Origin: Eledone cirrhosa
Lineage: Eukaryota
DNA: 64,000 nucleotides
NCBI GenBank assembly: GCA_964016885.1
Contig: OZ024749.1
Span: forward strand, 5,084,001 to 5,148,000
Direction of reading: 5' to 3'
Shown here: piece by piece, positions 1 to 12,750 of the stretch
Numbering within the stretch: position 1 is the stretch's first letter
How the letters are laid out: each line of letters starts with the position of its first letter
Position numbers and translations under genes: made by a program
The notes under the pieces: generated by a model
What the model was told of the DNA's origin: nothing
Database searches by the model: none
Seen by the model: the letters and a program-made list of their open reading frames with translations, nothing else

Positions 1-84
1 TGTTATTGTTGTTATTGCTCGTTATTGTTATGCCGTTGTAGTTGTTAGTTGTTGTTGTTATTTCACGTTATTGTTGTGATGTTG

Positions 85-300
85 TTGGCGGTGGATTGAC
101 AGTTTCAGTAGAGGATCGGACACCATGCTTTGCATTATAGAGTTACGGCCCTTTATAATCTGAGTTCAAATCCCGCCAAGGTGATCTTTGTCTTTCATCC
201 TTACGGTGTCGATAAATGAAGTATCAGTCACACACTGGGTCGATTTAATTGACTTTCCCCAAAATTTATGGCCTTGTGCCAATATAAGAAACCGTTATTA
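85..300 (+). mobile_element. tRNA-derived SINE (octopus-type), near full length
   Basis: GGCGGTGGATTGAC head, B-box-like GAGTTCAAATCC, core ...CTTTCATCCTTACGGTGTCGATAAA..., tail GGCCTTGTGCC...TTATTA; homologous to copies at 7836, 24917-25335, 26478-26735, 27170-27545 and 34858. Confidence 0.85.
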
Positions 301-339
301 TTTTGTTGTAGTTGTTGTTATTGACTGTTATTGTTGTTA

Positions 340-2305
340 TTTCCTGTTATGTTGTTATTGTATGTTATGTTGTGGTTATGTTGTTGTTAGTTGTTGTAAG
401 TTGTTATTGTCTGTTATGTTGTGGTTATTATGTTGTTAGTTGTTGTTAGTTGTTATTGTCTGTTATGTTGTGGTTATTATGTTGTTAGTTGTTGTTAGTT
501 GTTATTGTCTGTTATGTTGTGGTTATTATGTTGTTAGTTGTTGTTAGTTGTTATTGTCTGTTATGTTGTGGTTATGTTGTTAGTTGTTGTTAGTTGTTAT
601 TGTCTGTTATGTTGTGGTTATTATGTTGTTAGTTGTTGTTAGTTGTTATTGTCTGTTATGTTGTGGTTATTATGTTGTTAGTTGTTGTTAGTTGTTATTG
701 TCTGTTATGTTGTGGTTATGTTGTTAGTTGTTGTTAGTTGTTATTGTCTGTTATGTTGTGGTTATGTTGTTAGTTGTTGTTAGTTGTTATTGTCTGTTAT
801 GTTGTGGTTATTATGTTGTTAGTTGTTGTTAGTTGTTATTGTATGTTATGTTGTGGTTATTATGTTGTTAGTTGTTGTTAGTTGTTATTGTCTGTTATGT
901 TGTGGTTATTATGTTGTTAGTTGTTGTTAGTTGTTATTGTCTGTTATGTTGTGGTTATTATGTTGTTAGTTGTTGTTAGTTGTTATTGTCTGTTATGTTG
1001 TGGTTATTATGTTGTTAGTTGTTGTTAGTTGTTATTGTCTGTTATGTTGTGGTTATTATGTTGTTAGTTGTTGTCAGTTGTTATTGTCTGTTATGTTGTG
1101 GTTATGTTGTTAGTTGTTGTTAGTTGTTATTGTCTGTTATGTTGTGGTTATTATGTTGTTAGTTGTTGTTAGTTGTTATTGTCTGTTATGTTGTGGTTAT
1201 TATGTTGTTAGTTGTTGTTAGTTGTTATTGTCTGTTATGTTGTGGTTATTATGTTGTTAGTTGTTGTTAGTTGTCATTGTCTGTTATGTTGTGGTTATTA
1301 TGTTGTTAGTTGTTGTTAGTTGTTATTGTCTGTTATGTTGTGGTTATTATGTTGTTAGTTGTTGTTAGTTGTTATTGGCTGTTATGTTGTGGTTATTATG
1401 TTGTTAGTTGTTGTTAGTTGTTATTGTCTGTTATGTTGTGGTTATTATGTTGTTAGTTGTTGTTAGTTGTTGTCTGTTATGTTGTGGTTATTATGTTGTT
1501 AGTTTTTGTTAGTTGTTATTGTCTGTTATGTTGTGGTTATTATGTTGTTAGTTGTTGTAAGTTGTTGTCTGTTAGGTTGTGGTTATTATGTTGTTGTTAG
1601 TTGTTGTTAGTTGTAAGTTGTTATTGTTTGTTATGTAGTGGTTATTATGTTGTTGTTAGTTGTTGTTAGTTGTATGTTATGTTGTGGTTATGCTGTTGTT
1701 AGTTTTAATGTCTGTTATGTTGTTATTATGTTGTTGTTAGCTGTTGTTAGTTGTTATTGTCTGTTATGTTGTGGTTGATGTTATGTTGTTAGTTGTTGTA
1801 AGTTATTGTGTTATGTTGTGGTTGATGTTATGTTGTTGTAAGTTGTTATTGTCTGTTATGTTGTGGTTGTTGTTAGTTGTTATTGTCTGTTATGTTGTGG
1901 TTATTGTTAGTTGTTATTGTCTGTTATGTTATGTTGTTGTTAGTTGTTATTGTCTGTTATGTCGTGGTTGTTGTTAGTTGTTATTGTCTGTTATGTTGTG
2001 GTTATGTTGTTGTTAGTTGTTATTGTCTGTTATGTTGTGGTTGTTGTTAGTTGTTATTGTCTGTTATGTTGTGGTTATTGTTAGTTGTTATTGTCTGTTA
2101 TGTTATGTTGTTGTTAGTTGTTATTGTCTGTTATGTTGTGGTTGTTGTTAGTTGTTATTGTCTGTTATGTTGTGGTTATTGTTAGTTGTTATTGTCTGTT
2201 ATGTTATGTTGTTGTTAGTTGTTATTGTCTGTTATGTTGTGGTTGTTGTTAGTTGTTATTGTCTGTTATGTTGTGGTTATTATGTTACGTTGTTGTTAGT
2301 TGTTC
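340..2305. repeat. TTG-rich minisatellite, ~46-49 bp unit
   Basis: Unit TGTCTGTTATGTTGTGGTTATTATGTTGTTAGTTGTTGTTAGTTGTTAT repeated in tandem, with shorter variants after ~1550. Confidence 0.95.
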
Positions 2306-2494
2306 TGCAAGTTAAATAATCTTTGTAAAAATTAAAATAACACAAGAAAAATTAAAAAGGTAAACAATATATAAATTAGAATAAAATAGCATAAAATATC
2401 TCGGATTAGTGTGTTGCATCTGAAAGAGGGGTGACGTAGCTGTTGGACGGATTTACTGTATATAAATCACAGACATGCACGCATCCTTGAAACT

Positions 2495-3400
2495 TGTGGC
2501 GGTGGTGGCGATCGAGGTGATGGTGGTGGTAGTGTTGATGGGGTCGATCTTAATAAAGTGTGTTTAATGTTGGTGGCGGTGACCTTGCTGGTATTGGTGA
2601 TACAGTGGTGGTGGTGGTGGTGGTGGTGGTGGTGTCATTGTTTGTTAAAGGACTTTCACGTTTGTGGCGGTGTCGTTGCTGGTATCGTTTGTGATGGTGA
2701 TATTGTAGTGAAGGTGCTGTCACTACTGGTGGTGGTGGTGGTATGTGTGTGCGTGTGTGTGAAGGGGGTAGGGGGAGGGGGGGGGGCAATATTTGTTAAG
2801 GGTGTTTAATGTTGTGATGTTGTAATGATGGTACCGCTGTTGTTGGTGGTGGTGATGCTGATGGTGGCGGCGGTGGTGGTGGTGGTGGTGGTGGTGGTGA
2901 TGATGGTGGTGGTAATGTTCGTGTTCGTGTATATAAGACACAGCGTGGGTGTGGTAATGGTGGCGTCTCTGCTGCTGTATGGGGTGTAGTGATAGTGTTG
3001 GTTGTGGTGGTAGTGTCGTGGATGTTGGTATTGATGATGTTGGTGATTATTATAGTGATGATGCTGTTGTTGTTGATCGCGGTGGTGGTGGTGGGGTGTG
3101 GTGGGGTAGTGTTTGTGTATGTACGACATAGCGTGGGTTTGGTTGCGAAGATGGTGTTGGTGTGGCTGGTAGTGTTGGGGATGGTGGTGTTGGTGATTAT
3201 TATACTGATGATGCCCTTGGTGGTGGATGGGGTGGGGGATAGTGTTCGTGTATGTACGACATAGCATGGGTGTGTTTGCGATATTGGTGCTGTCTAAGAT
3301 GGTGTTGGTGTGGCTGATAGTGTTGGGGATGGTGGTGTTGTGGTGGCGGTGCATTGAGGGTATTGTTGGTGTTCATGTATGTTCGATACAGTGGAATAAG
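2495..3400. repeat. (GGT)n/(GAT)n low-complexity region with internal duplications
   Basis: GGT runs; motif GTGTTCGTGTATGTACGACATAGCGTGGG recurs with variation near 2921, 3109 and 3242. Confidence 0.85.
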
Positions 3401-3509
3401 AAGGCAAACACATGACATATAATCCTTTTCTCACAATCTCCAATCCGTGATATTTTCTGGTAATTCACTCAGTAGAAACAACACGGACATATGTATGTGT
3501 GGGTCTAGA

Positions 3510-3948
3510 TGTGGTGGTATATACTGTGTATGTATGTGTAGCTCTACATACGGTGGTATATACTGTGTATGTATGTGTAGCTCTACATACGGTGGTATAT
3601 ACTGTGTATGTATGTGTAGCTCTACATACGGTGGTATATACTGTGTATGTATGTGTAGCTCTAAATACGGTGGTATATACTCTATGTATGTGTAGCTCTA
3701 CATACGGTGGTATATACTGTGTGTGTATGTGTAGCTCTACATACGGTAGTACGGTGGTATATACTGTGTATGTATGTGTAGCTCTACATACGGTGGCATA
3801 TACTGTGTATGTATGTGTAGCTCTACATACGGTGGTATATACTGTGTGTGTATGTGTAGCTCTACATACGGTGGTATATACTGTATGTATGTGTAGCTCT
3901 ACATACGGTGGTATATACTGTGTATGTATGTGTAGCTCTACATACGGT
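3510..3948. repeat. 39-bp minisatellite, about 11 copies
   Basis: Unit GTGGTATATACTGTGTATGTATGTGTAGCTCTACATACG; gives the 13-aa period seen in the ORF track. Confidence 0.95.
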
Positions 3949-4328
3949 GAATCTTTAAATAAACAAAATATAATGAATCAATAGCCACGAAATTTAGTAG
4001 ATGAATTATGTAATATTCATTCATTATTTATTCAAAGTAATCCAACTTATTTTGCTAATGGGATAACAAATTAAAAACCGTACGCAGTCCCGCGCTCCTT
4101 ATTTTATTATAGTTTAGATGATACATGTGAATATATACATATATATATGTATGCACACACACATATATATTAGATAGACAGATAGATGGATAGATAGATA
4201 TAGATGCATAGATACATCGTTTATGCAAGTGCTGTGTATCATACTTAGATGTTATTTTATATATGTATATATATACACGTTCCCTACGCAAGATTTAGTT
4301 TTCAAATCTGGGGGGAAATGAAAAGTAG

Positions 4329-4490
4329 CTAATCATCAGATCTGACAAAGGAAAAAAGGTTTCCATTCGTTGTTCCATTGGTTCCTCCATTTCTCGTTCC
4401 ATTGGTTTTCTCCATTTGACGTTCCATTGGTTTCTCCATTGGTTGTTCCATTGTTCAATCTTTGCTGACGGTACCTGCCTGTCACAACTC
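4329..4490 (-). other. Candidate terminal exon encoding Asn-Gly (NGxx) tetrapeptide repeats
   Basis: Pyrimidine-rich acceptor TTTCACATTGTTCCATATGCCAG|GA; 12-nt units with fixed AATGGA; reads VVTGRYRQQRLNNGTTNGETNGTSNGE; one unit has an extra A. Confidence 0.3.
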
Positions 4491-5610
4491 CTGGCATATG
4501 GAACAATGTGAAATAAGGTAACAATAACTGAAGGATTATATCTTTATTCAAAAGCAAAAGAACAAATCTTATTCAGTAACAAACTAATTTTAAAAAGCGG
4601 GGAACAAAAGGAAAGAAAAGATAGGGAAATATAGAAAAAAAAAGAGAAATGAAGAAGAAAATGAACGAAAAGTGTCGGGGAGGCGGGAAATGGTTATTGG
4701 GCTTTGGAACTAGGGCAAGGCGGAAGGAGTGCCGCGGACAAGACGGACTGCAACAACCACCCATCCTCGCGGGGTTCCCTGTCAGACGGGCCGCTGGCGC
4801 TCCGATCATGAGGAGGAGCTCGGTAGTACAGGGTCCAAGTATGCCTGAGGTCTCGATGGTGACCTGTGTGAAGTGGAAGCGACCAGAGAAACGCCGGTAT
4901 TTGTTTATTTTACGTTCTCCTACGAGTCGGGCTGCGGTGCCGGGGTTTGGGACTGAAGCGACTAAGTTGGAGGCGGAGAACGTGTCACAGCAGCTGGCGT
5001 CCCAGATCAGGGATCTTCATGGGAAGAGCGTGATTCCGTCGGAGCACTTCCCATCTCCGTGGTCTAGGCTTGCAGGCTCCAGTTGAGATGGAAAGTCTGC
5101 TGCGTTCACGTTTGTTGGTGTTCCAATAAGTGAACAATTAGAACGATCATCTTTCGAACCGACGGAAGTCCCAAAAAAAAAAACACACACACGCACACAC
5201 GCACACGCACATACACACATGAATATTATGTTTCATTTTACAGAATATATTCAATCTTTATAAAACACATGCAGTATTTTCTTATTATCAAATATTAGAG
5301 ATAGAGAAATAGTTTAATTTTTGTGTATTTAAAACAATGTATAAGTCCATTTTCCTTCTCTCTCTCTCTCTCTCTCTCCCTCTCTCTATATCCCTCCCTC
5401 TCCCACTATCTCTATCCCTCCCTCTCCCACTATCTCTCTCTCTCCCTTCTGCTCTCTCTCTCTCTCTCCCCCCTTCTGCTCTCTCTCTCTCCCTCTCATG
5501 TTCTCTCTCTCTCCCTCCCTCCTGCTCTGTGTCTCTTTCTCTCTCTCTCTATGAATTCCTATATGGCTGTGACCTACACATTTGTCCGCGTCCCTTTCTC
5601 TATCCCTGCG

Positions 5611-5641
<31 letters not shown>

Positions 5642-6185
5642 ATGTGAACGTGTATGTGGACAGACTGGTATAGGGGAAAGACAATATAGGAAGAGGAATT
5701 TTGAGACAAAGAAAGAAAGAGAGAGAGAGGTGAAAGAGTGAATGAACAATCGAAGAATCCTAACCTAACAGCTGCAATTCATTTCGAAATGTTGGCAGTA
5801 ATCCATAGATCTCTCACATGAAAGAATAGCATTGACCTCTGATGACCCACTATTGTTCTTCAGAATCTATAGTCATTCAATGTCCTATAGACATCTCCAG
5901 TTTGTTTACAGACTCTCCCATTGTTATGTCTGATCATCCCACTATGAAATTGTCTGCGAGTATTTACTTCGTAATCTCTACACTTCCTCACAAATTACAC
6001 CAAATACTTCTAACATGCTGTTCTACCGTTGTAAAACTAATAGGTCGCTCTGGATAATACACAGCAATACTCTACTGATAGTGTCACTTACTTTCGTTGC
6101 AAGTAATACTCATGTAATTACATCCATACATACATACATAAATACACCAAGCATACATACAAGCATGCATGTATACATACATACA

Positions 6186-7835
6186 AGCAAACTAAAATAG
6201 AAAAAAAGATTGCTGACCTACGAAAAACCATAGGATATGTGACAAAGCTCCTTACATACAAACAAACACAAAAAAGCCCACTCCTCACCAACAAAGAGTG
6301 AACAATAAAATAGAGGCGAAGTTTGGTAACAGTAGAACCAGAACTCTTCAATATAAGCTGATCACCCTCAAACAAGAATTGAGAGCCTCTAGCGAAAAAC
6401 CCCGATACCTGAAGAGGGTAGATGAGAGAAAAGTGCTTAATAAAAGATTCAGACGAAACCAAACATCAGTCTATAGAGATATGAAGAACAAAATAATAAG
6501 TGTCACTGAGGTCCCATCTCAGAAAGATATAGATTCCTTTTGGAGAAAAATATGGGGTGAAAAGAAGAATTTCAACCAACATGCAGTGTGGCTAAAAGAA
6601 ATCCGAAAAAACGATTGTTCCTACACTACAACAAAAACATACGAAATAAGTGAGGGTACCCTTGAGACTGTGATAGGAAAACTCCAAGATAAGAAAACAC
6701 CAGGAAGAGAGATGATTAAGGGAGATACACTTATACCAGAATGGTTGACATTAGCACAAATATTACTGGTCCCCAAGGACAAAGACACCCACTTGGCAAA
6801 AATTACCGACCCATTGGATACCAGAACCTGATGTATAAGATGTATACAGCCTGCCTGAACCTATTCCTCCAAGATCACTGTGAAAATAACATCATCACAG
6901 ATGAACAAGCAGCTGGAAAGAAAGGGGCTTAACGATGTGCTGAACAACTTCTAATCAACAAAACTGCGATGCCGCAGGTGCGACAAATTAGGAGGTATAT
7001 GGCTACAGTCTGACTGGACTACAGGAAAGCTTTCGATTCTGTTCCCCACTCTTAGATGATAGAGGCCCTCCAACTTGCTAAAGTCCCAGACATTATTATC
7101 AGAGCCATGGAGAAGCTGTCTTCTTCTTGGTCTACTATCCTAAGGTTAAAGACAGAGAGGGAGGACTCTATTTTCACCGATAAAATAAAATATCGCAGGG
7201 GTATATTTCATGGAGACAGTCTCTCTGTGATATTATTCATCCTGTCATTAAACCCCTTGTCCTTTCTGCTTAAGAAATGTGAAGGATACATCATTGGCTC
7301 ACATGAGGACAGAAATACGAACCTAACCCATATCTTTGTGGACGATCTGAAACCCTATGCCAAGAACAGGGATGGGATGAAGAAAAATCTTGACCTGGAT
7401 ACAACCTTCTCAAAGGATATAGGAATGGAGCTTGGCCAAGATATTTGCTTATATATGACTGTAAAACGTGGAAAAACAATCCAATCTAGCAACATTGTCA
7501 TGAATGACCTAACTGTTTCACTAATATCTAATGAGGACTGCTACAGATACCTCTGGATAGAGGAGAACATATCCTATAATGGTATCTGTAATAAGGAACG
7601 CGAACCAGGGTATACTACACCCGATTAAGAAAGATTTGGTCATCGGAACTCTCTACGCAAAACAAAACAGAGGCTCACAATGTATTTGCTGTGCCTGTCC
7701 TAACGCCAACGTTTGGAATAGTCAATTGGACGATAGACGAAATGCGAGCTTTTGATGTTGGAATTCAAAAAATACTATACAACACCGGAGACTTCCACAT
7801 CAACAATGACATACACCGCCTTTACTTGAGGCAGA
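6186..7835 (+). mobile_element. Degenerate R4/Dong-like non-LTR retrotransposon, RT region
   Basis: Motifs NYRPI, DYRKAFDSVPH, RRGIFHGDSLS, THIFVDDLK, YRYLWIEE, DIHRLYL spread over several frames with stops; preceded by TACA repeats; cut off at the 3' side by a SINE. Confidence 0.9.
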
Positions 7836-8012
7836 AGCCTTTCAGCATTGAGTTACTGCTCTTTACGGTCTGAGTTCAAATATCCCCCGATGATAGCTTT
7901 GCCTTTTATCCTTACGGAGTCGATAAAATCAAGTACCAGTCACGCTCTGGGGTCGATTTATTCGACTTTCCCCTCCTCCAATATCACTGGCCTTGTGCCT
8001 ATACGAGGAATC

Positions 8013-8016
<4 letters not shown>
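7836..8016 (+). mobile_element. 5'-truncated SINE, same family as 85-300
   Basis: CTGAGTTCAAAT...CTTTGCCTTTTATCCTTACGGAGTCGATAAAATCAAGTACCAG...GGCCTTGTGCC. Confidence 0.85.
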
Positions 8017-8074
<58 letters not shown>

Positions 8075-8104
8075 GCATTATATATATATGGACTATGTAT
8101 TGAT

Positions 8105-8456
8105 GAACGAATACATATTCTAGAGAGATTACGAGATAGCGATTGCCTAAACTCAAGAATTGAATTTTTCACACGTTGTCTACACGTCTGGAAACACCTC
8201 TTACATAGCTACAAAGCTCCGGATTTAATTACAACAACATCCTAATTTTCTTATCAACTAGAAACTTTCGGACTTTCACAGGTATCTCTCTTACTCCCCT
8301 AGCACGCAATTTAGTATTGCCTGAGTGAAGTGACCGTTTCTGCGCATGAGAGTTCGTACGGTTGTCCTTCCCGTTCCGTATAACCATGTCCATTACGAGC
8401 TGAGGATCCGCTAAGGTGAAACAATTGTTCTCCGAATGGTAACTGTTATGCAACCA

Positions 8457-8460
<4 letters not shown>
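8105..8460 (+). mobile_element. Penelope-like element 3' end (ORF C-terminus plus 3' UTR/pLTR)
   Basis: Translates ILERLRDSDCLNSRIEFFTRCLHVWKHLL, matching the LNxRxExxxxCxH end of PLE GIY-YIG ORFs; followed by a hammerhead motif; flanked by (TA)n. Confidence 0.7.
8397..8432 (+). ncRNA. Minimal type-I hammerhead ribozyme motif
   Basis: gag CTGAGGA tccgctaaggt GAAA caattg TT ctc: 3-bp stem I, palindromic stem III, weak stem II closed by U-U. Confidence 0.65.
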
Positions 8461-8527
<67 letters not shown>

Positions 8528-8584
8528 TTATATATAAATTATATATATATATAATATACATTATATGTATTACATATACATTAT

Positions 8585-8623
<39 letters not shown>

Positions 8624-8631
8624 CACCATAC

Positions 8632-8669
8632 CGAGAACAATGGTTTCACCTTAGCGGATCCTCAGCTCG
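8632..8669 (-). ncRNA. Second, inverted copy of the minimal hammerhead, inside fold-back 8621-8703
   Basis: Minus strand reads cgag CTGAGGA tccgctaaggt GAAA ccattg TT ctcg. Confidence 0.6.
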
Positions 8670-8894
8670 CTAAGGTAAAATAATTGTTCTCGGTATGGTG
8701 AACTAACTGTTGTGTAACCACTTCTACCTAACACGTCCCATCGACTGAGTGCTCTACCACTACGGATATTACCTTCCAGTGTTCTACCACTATATATATA
8801 TATATAATATAGAGTATATGTATTATATATACATTATATAAATTATATATATTATACATATATATAGAGATTATATTATATATATATATATGTA

Positions 8895-9300
8895 AAAAAA
8901 TTCAAGACCCCGCCGGCTGAATTCCGGTCATTTCGTCAGCCAACTCCGAACTAGCTTGAAAAACGGCCAGTGCTCAACTGTTGCGTTTTCCTGTACTTTT
9001 TCATATTACCCACACTACTAGCCCATTTATTGAATATTCTGGTGCATTATGGTCCAGATTGTATCTTACAACACCCTTTTTGTCGTATATATATATAACG
9101 AAGGAAGTGTGGTAAGGAACCAGGTGAACCATAACGCACCAGAGTACACATTACTCAGGGTAGTAGAGTGGGTAATAGGAAATAGTTCAAGACCCCGACG
9201 GCAGAGCTCAAGCCGTTTCGACGGCTATTTCTGGTCCAAAAATAGCCGTCGAAACGGCTTCAGCTCTGCCGTCGGGGTTTTGAGCTATTTCCTATTACAC
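8895..9300. repeat. Fold-back repeat family (PLE pLTR-like), including a 59-bp-arm hairpin at 9172-9298
   Basis: Arms 9172-9230 and 9240-9298 with 3 mismatches and a 9-nt loop; homologous sequence at 25540-25920. Confidence 0.8.
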
Positions 9301-9832
9301 TTTTACACTTTTACCTGTTCCAACCACCCGGCTGAGGCCATGCTGGGGCACCGCCCTTGTATATATATCTATCTATTTATATATCTATCTATCTATATAT
9401 ATATATATATATATTCATACAGACAGACACGTAATTTCCTACTGTCTTATAACTACGGTCTATTTTTACTAATATGTATATTCCATTGATTTCACTGTCT
9501 TTTAGGCAATTTTTCCAGTCAAACTTTCAAAAGCTCCACAAAGGAGAAATTTATAAAGAAGAAACTCAAAGAAAATAGACTTCACAGATTTCTGAACAGC
9601 TATTTTATGAAGTCATCAACATACTTCATTCTTAGATGAAACACTTTTAATGAATGTAAGTATCCTCTCTGTGTTTCTTGTTTCATGTTGCTGTCTGATG
9701 TAAGATTATTTTTCCTGCTCACTTCGAAGACAGACAACATTGTGATATATATATAGATATATATATATATATATATATATATACATTTATATGCAGCGAG
9801 AGAGAGAGAGAGACAGAGAAATATAGACATTA

Positions 9833-9972
<140 letters not shown>

Positions 9973-10179
9973 TAATGTCTATATTTCTCTGTCTATATAT
10001 ATACATATATTTATTTATATATATATACGTGTGTGTGTGTCAGCTTTTATATATAGAGAGTGGGAGTCTGTCTAAAATAGAAAACAGTAGCTACTTTAGC
10101 TATACCTATGTGTATCTACGTATTCATATATGTGTGACTATAGAGTATATGTATGTTTGTAACATATACATTCATACAC

Positions 10180-11185
10180 ACATGAGTGCATACATACATA
10201 CTTAAACACATACATCCACACATACATACACGCATACATATACACACACATACATACACACATGCATACACACATACATCCACACATACGTTCCACACAT
10301 ACATACATACATGCATATTTACATACATACATACATGCATACATATTTACATACATGCAGACATACTTATTTACATACAAACATACATACATATTTACAT
10401 ACATACATGCATACATATTTACATACATGCAGACATACATATTTACATACAAACATACATACATATTTACATACAAACATACATACATATTTACATACAA
10501 ACATACATACATATTTACATACATACATACATACATATTTACATACGAACATACATACATATTTACATACGAACATACATACACATTTACATACGAACAT
10601 ACATACATATTTACATACGAACATACATACATATTTACATACGAACATACATACATATTTACATACGAACATACATACATATTTACATACGAATATACAT
10701 ACATATTTACATACGAACATACATACATGCATATTTACATACGAACATACATACATATTTACATACGAACATACATACATATTTACATACGGACATACAT
10801 ACATATTTACATACATACATGCATACATATTTACATACATGCAGACATACATATTTACATACAAACATACATACATATTTACATACATACATACATACAT
10901 ACATATTTACATACGAACATACATACATATTTACATACGAACATACATACACATTTACATACGAACATACATACATATTTACATACGAACATACATACAT
11001 ATTTACATACGAACATACATACATATTTACATACGAATATACATACATATTTACATACGAACGTACATACATACATACATACATGCATATTTACATACGA
11101 ACATACATACATATTTACATACGAACATACATACATACATATTTACATACGGACATACATACATATTTACATACATACTTACATA
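10180..11185. repeat. 24-bp minisatellite built on TACA
   Basis: Unit ACATACATACATATTTACATACGA. Confidence 0.95.
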
Positions 11186-11440
11186 AAATATTTTGAATAT
11201 TAAACAGTTTTAATTTATTTCAAGTGTGATGTTGTCTCTTTTTTGTAACCATATATTCTATGAGTAGAAAGTTCTAGGCAGGTTTGCTCTACTTGTTTCT
11301 CATATGTTAGAATTTGCTTGCTATTCAACGCAATTCTTCTTTTCACGAACAATTGTCTGCATAAATTATAGCACAATATCATACCATCGACATTGTGTTT
11401 TATATCTAGTCTATTTATACTGTAGTTCTCTAATATATGC

Positions 11441-11472
<32 letters not shown>

Positions 11473-11529
11473 GTGTGTATAAATATATATGTATAATAAT
11501 ATAGACACACCCTGTTAAATACGTATATA

Positions 11530-11804
11530 AACGCATACACAAACACAGGCATATATAATATATATATATGCATATGTTTTTATATATATAATATGTATGT
11601 ATGTAGGCATGTGTGTAGCTATGTGTGTATATATGTGTTGTGTATGTATATATGTATTTATGTACGTATATATATATACATGTTTGTATATAATGTATTT
11701 ATATGCATGTGTATGTATATATATATATGTGTGTGTATAAATACATACCAAGTATATATATGTACATATAAATATATATACACATATACACGTATACGTA
11801 TATG

Positions 11805-11857
<53 letters not shown>

Positions 11858-12025
11858 CACCCATATATGTATATGCCTATAAATATGTATTTATATTTAC
11901 ACTCGTATGTATTAATGTATATATATATATATACACTCGTATGTATTGATGTATATATATATAGATATATATTCATATGTATATATATATAAATATATGT
12001 ATTTATATTTACACTCGTATGTATT

Positions 12026-12066
<41 letters not shown>

Positions 12067-12173
12067 TCGTATGTATTGATGTAAATATATATAGATATAT
12101 ATTCATATGTATATATATATAAATATATATTCATATGAATATATATATATATATATATTCATATGTATGTATA

Positions 12174-12204
<31 letters not shown>

Positions 12205-12251
12205 TCATATGTATGTATATGTGTATATATATATACATATAGTCATATTTG

Positions 12252-12335
<84 letters not shown>

Positions 12336-12514
12336 GTATATATATATGTATATATATATATATGTATATGTATATATGTATATATGTATATATGTATATG
12401 TATATATATATATGTATATATATATGTATATATATATATGTATATATATATATGTATATATATATGTATATATATATATGTATATATATGTATATATATA
12501 TATGTATATATATG

Positions 12515-12571
<57 letters not shown>

Positions 12572-12600
12572 GTTTATATATATATGTATATATATATATG

Positions 12601-12631
<31 letters not shown>

Positions 12632-12704
12632 GTATATGTATATATATGTATGTATATATATGTATATATATATGTATATATATATGTATATATATATATG
12701 TATA

Positions 12705-12749
<45 letters not shown>

Positions 12750-12750
12750 G
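11530..12750. repeat. Interrupted (TA)n/(TATG) microsatellite
   Basis: Direct inspection. Confidence 0.95.

Noticed and set aside
2550-3418. His/Thr-rich or Val-rich ORFs
   Set aside because: Translations of GGT/GAT trinucleotide low-complexity DNA, open in several frames with no splice or domain evidence.
340-3948. CRISPR-like regular arrays
   Set aside because: Head-to-tail minisatellites with no unique spacers, in a eukaryotic context with no cas genes.
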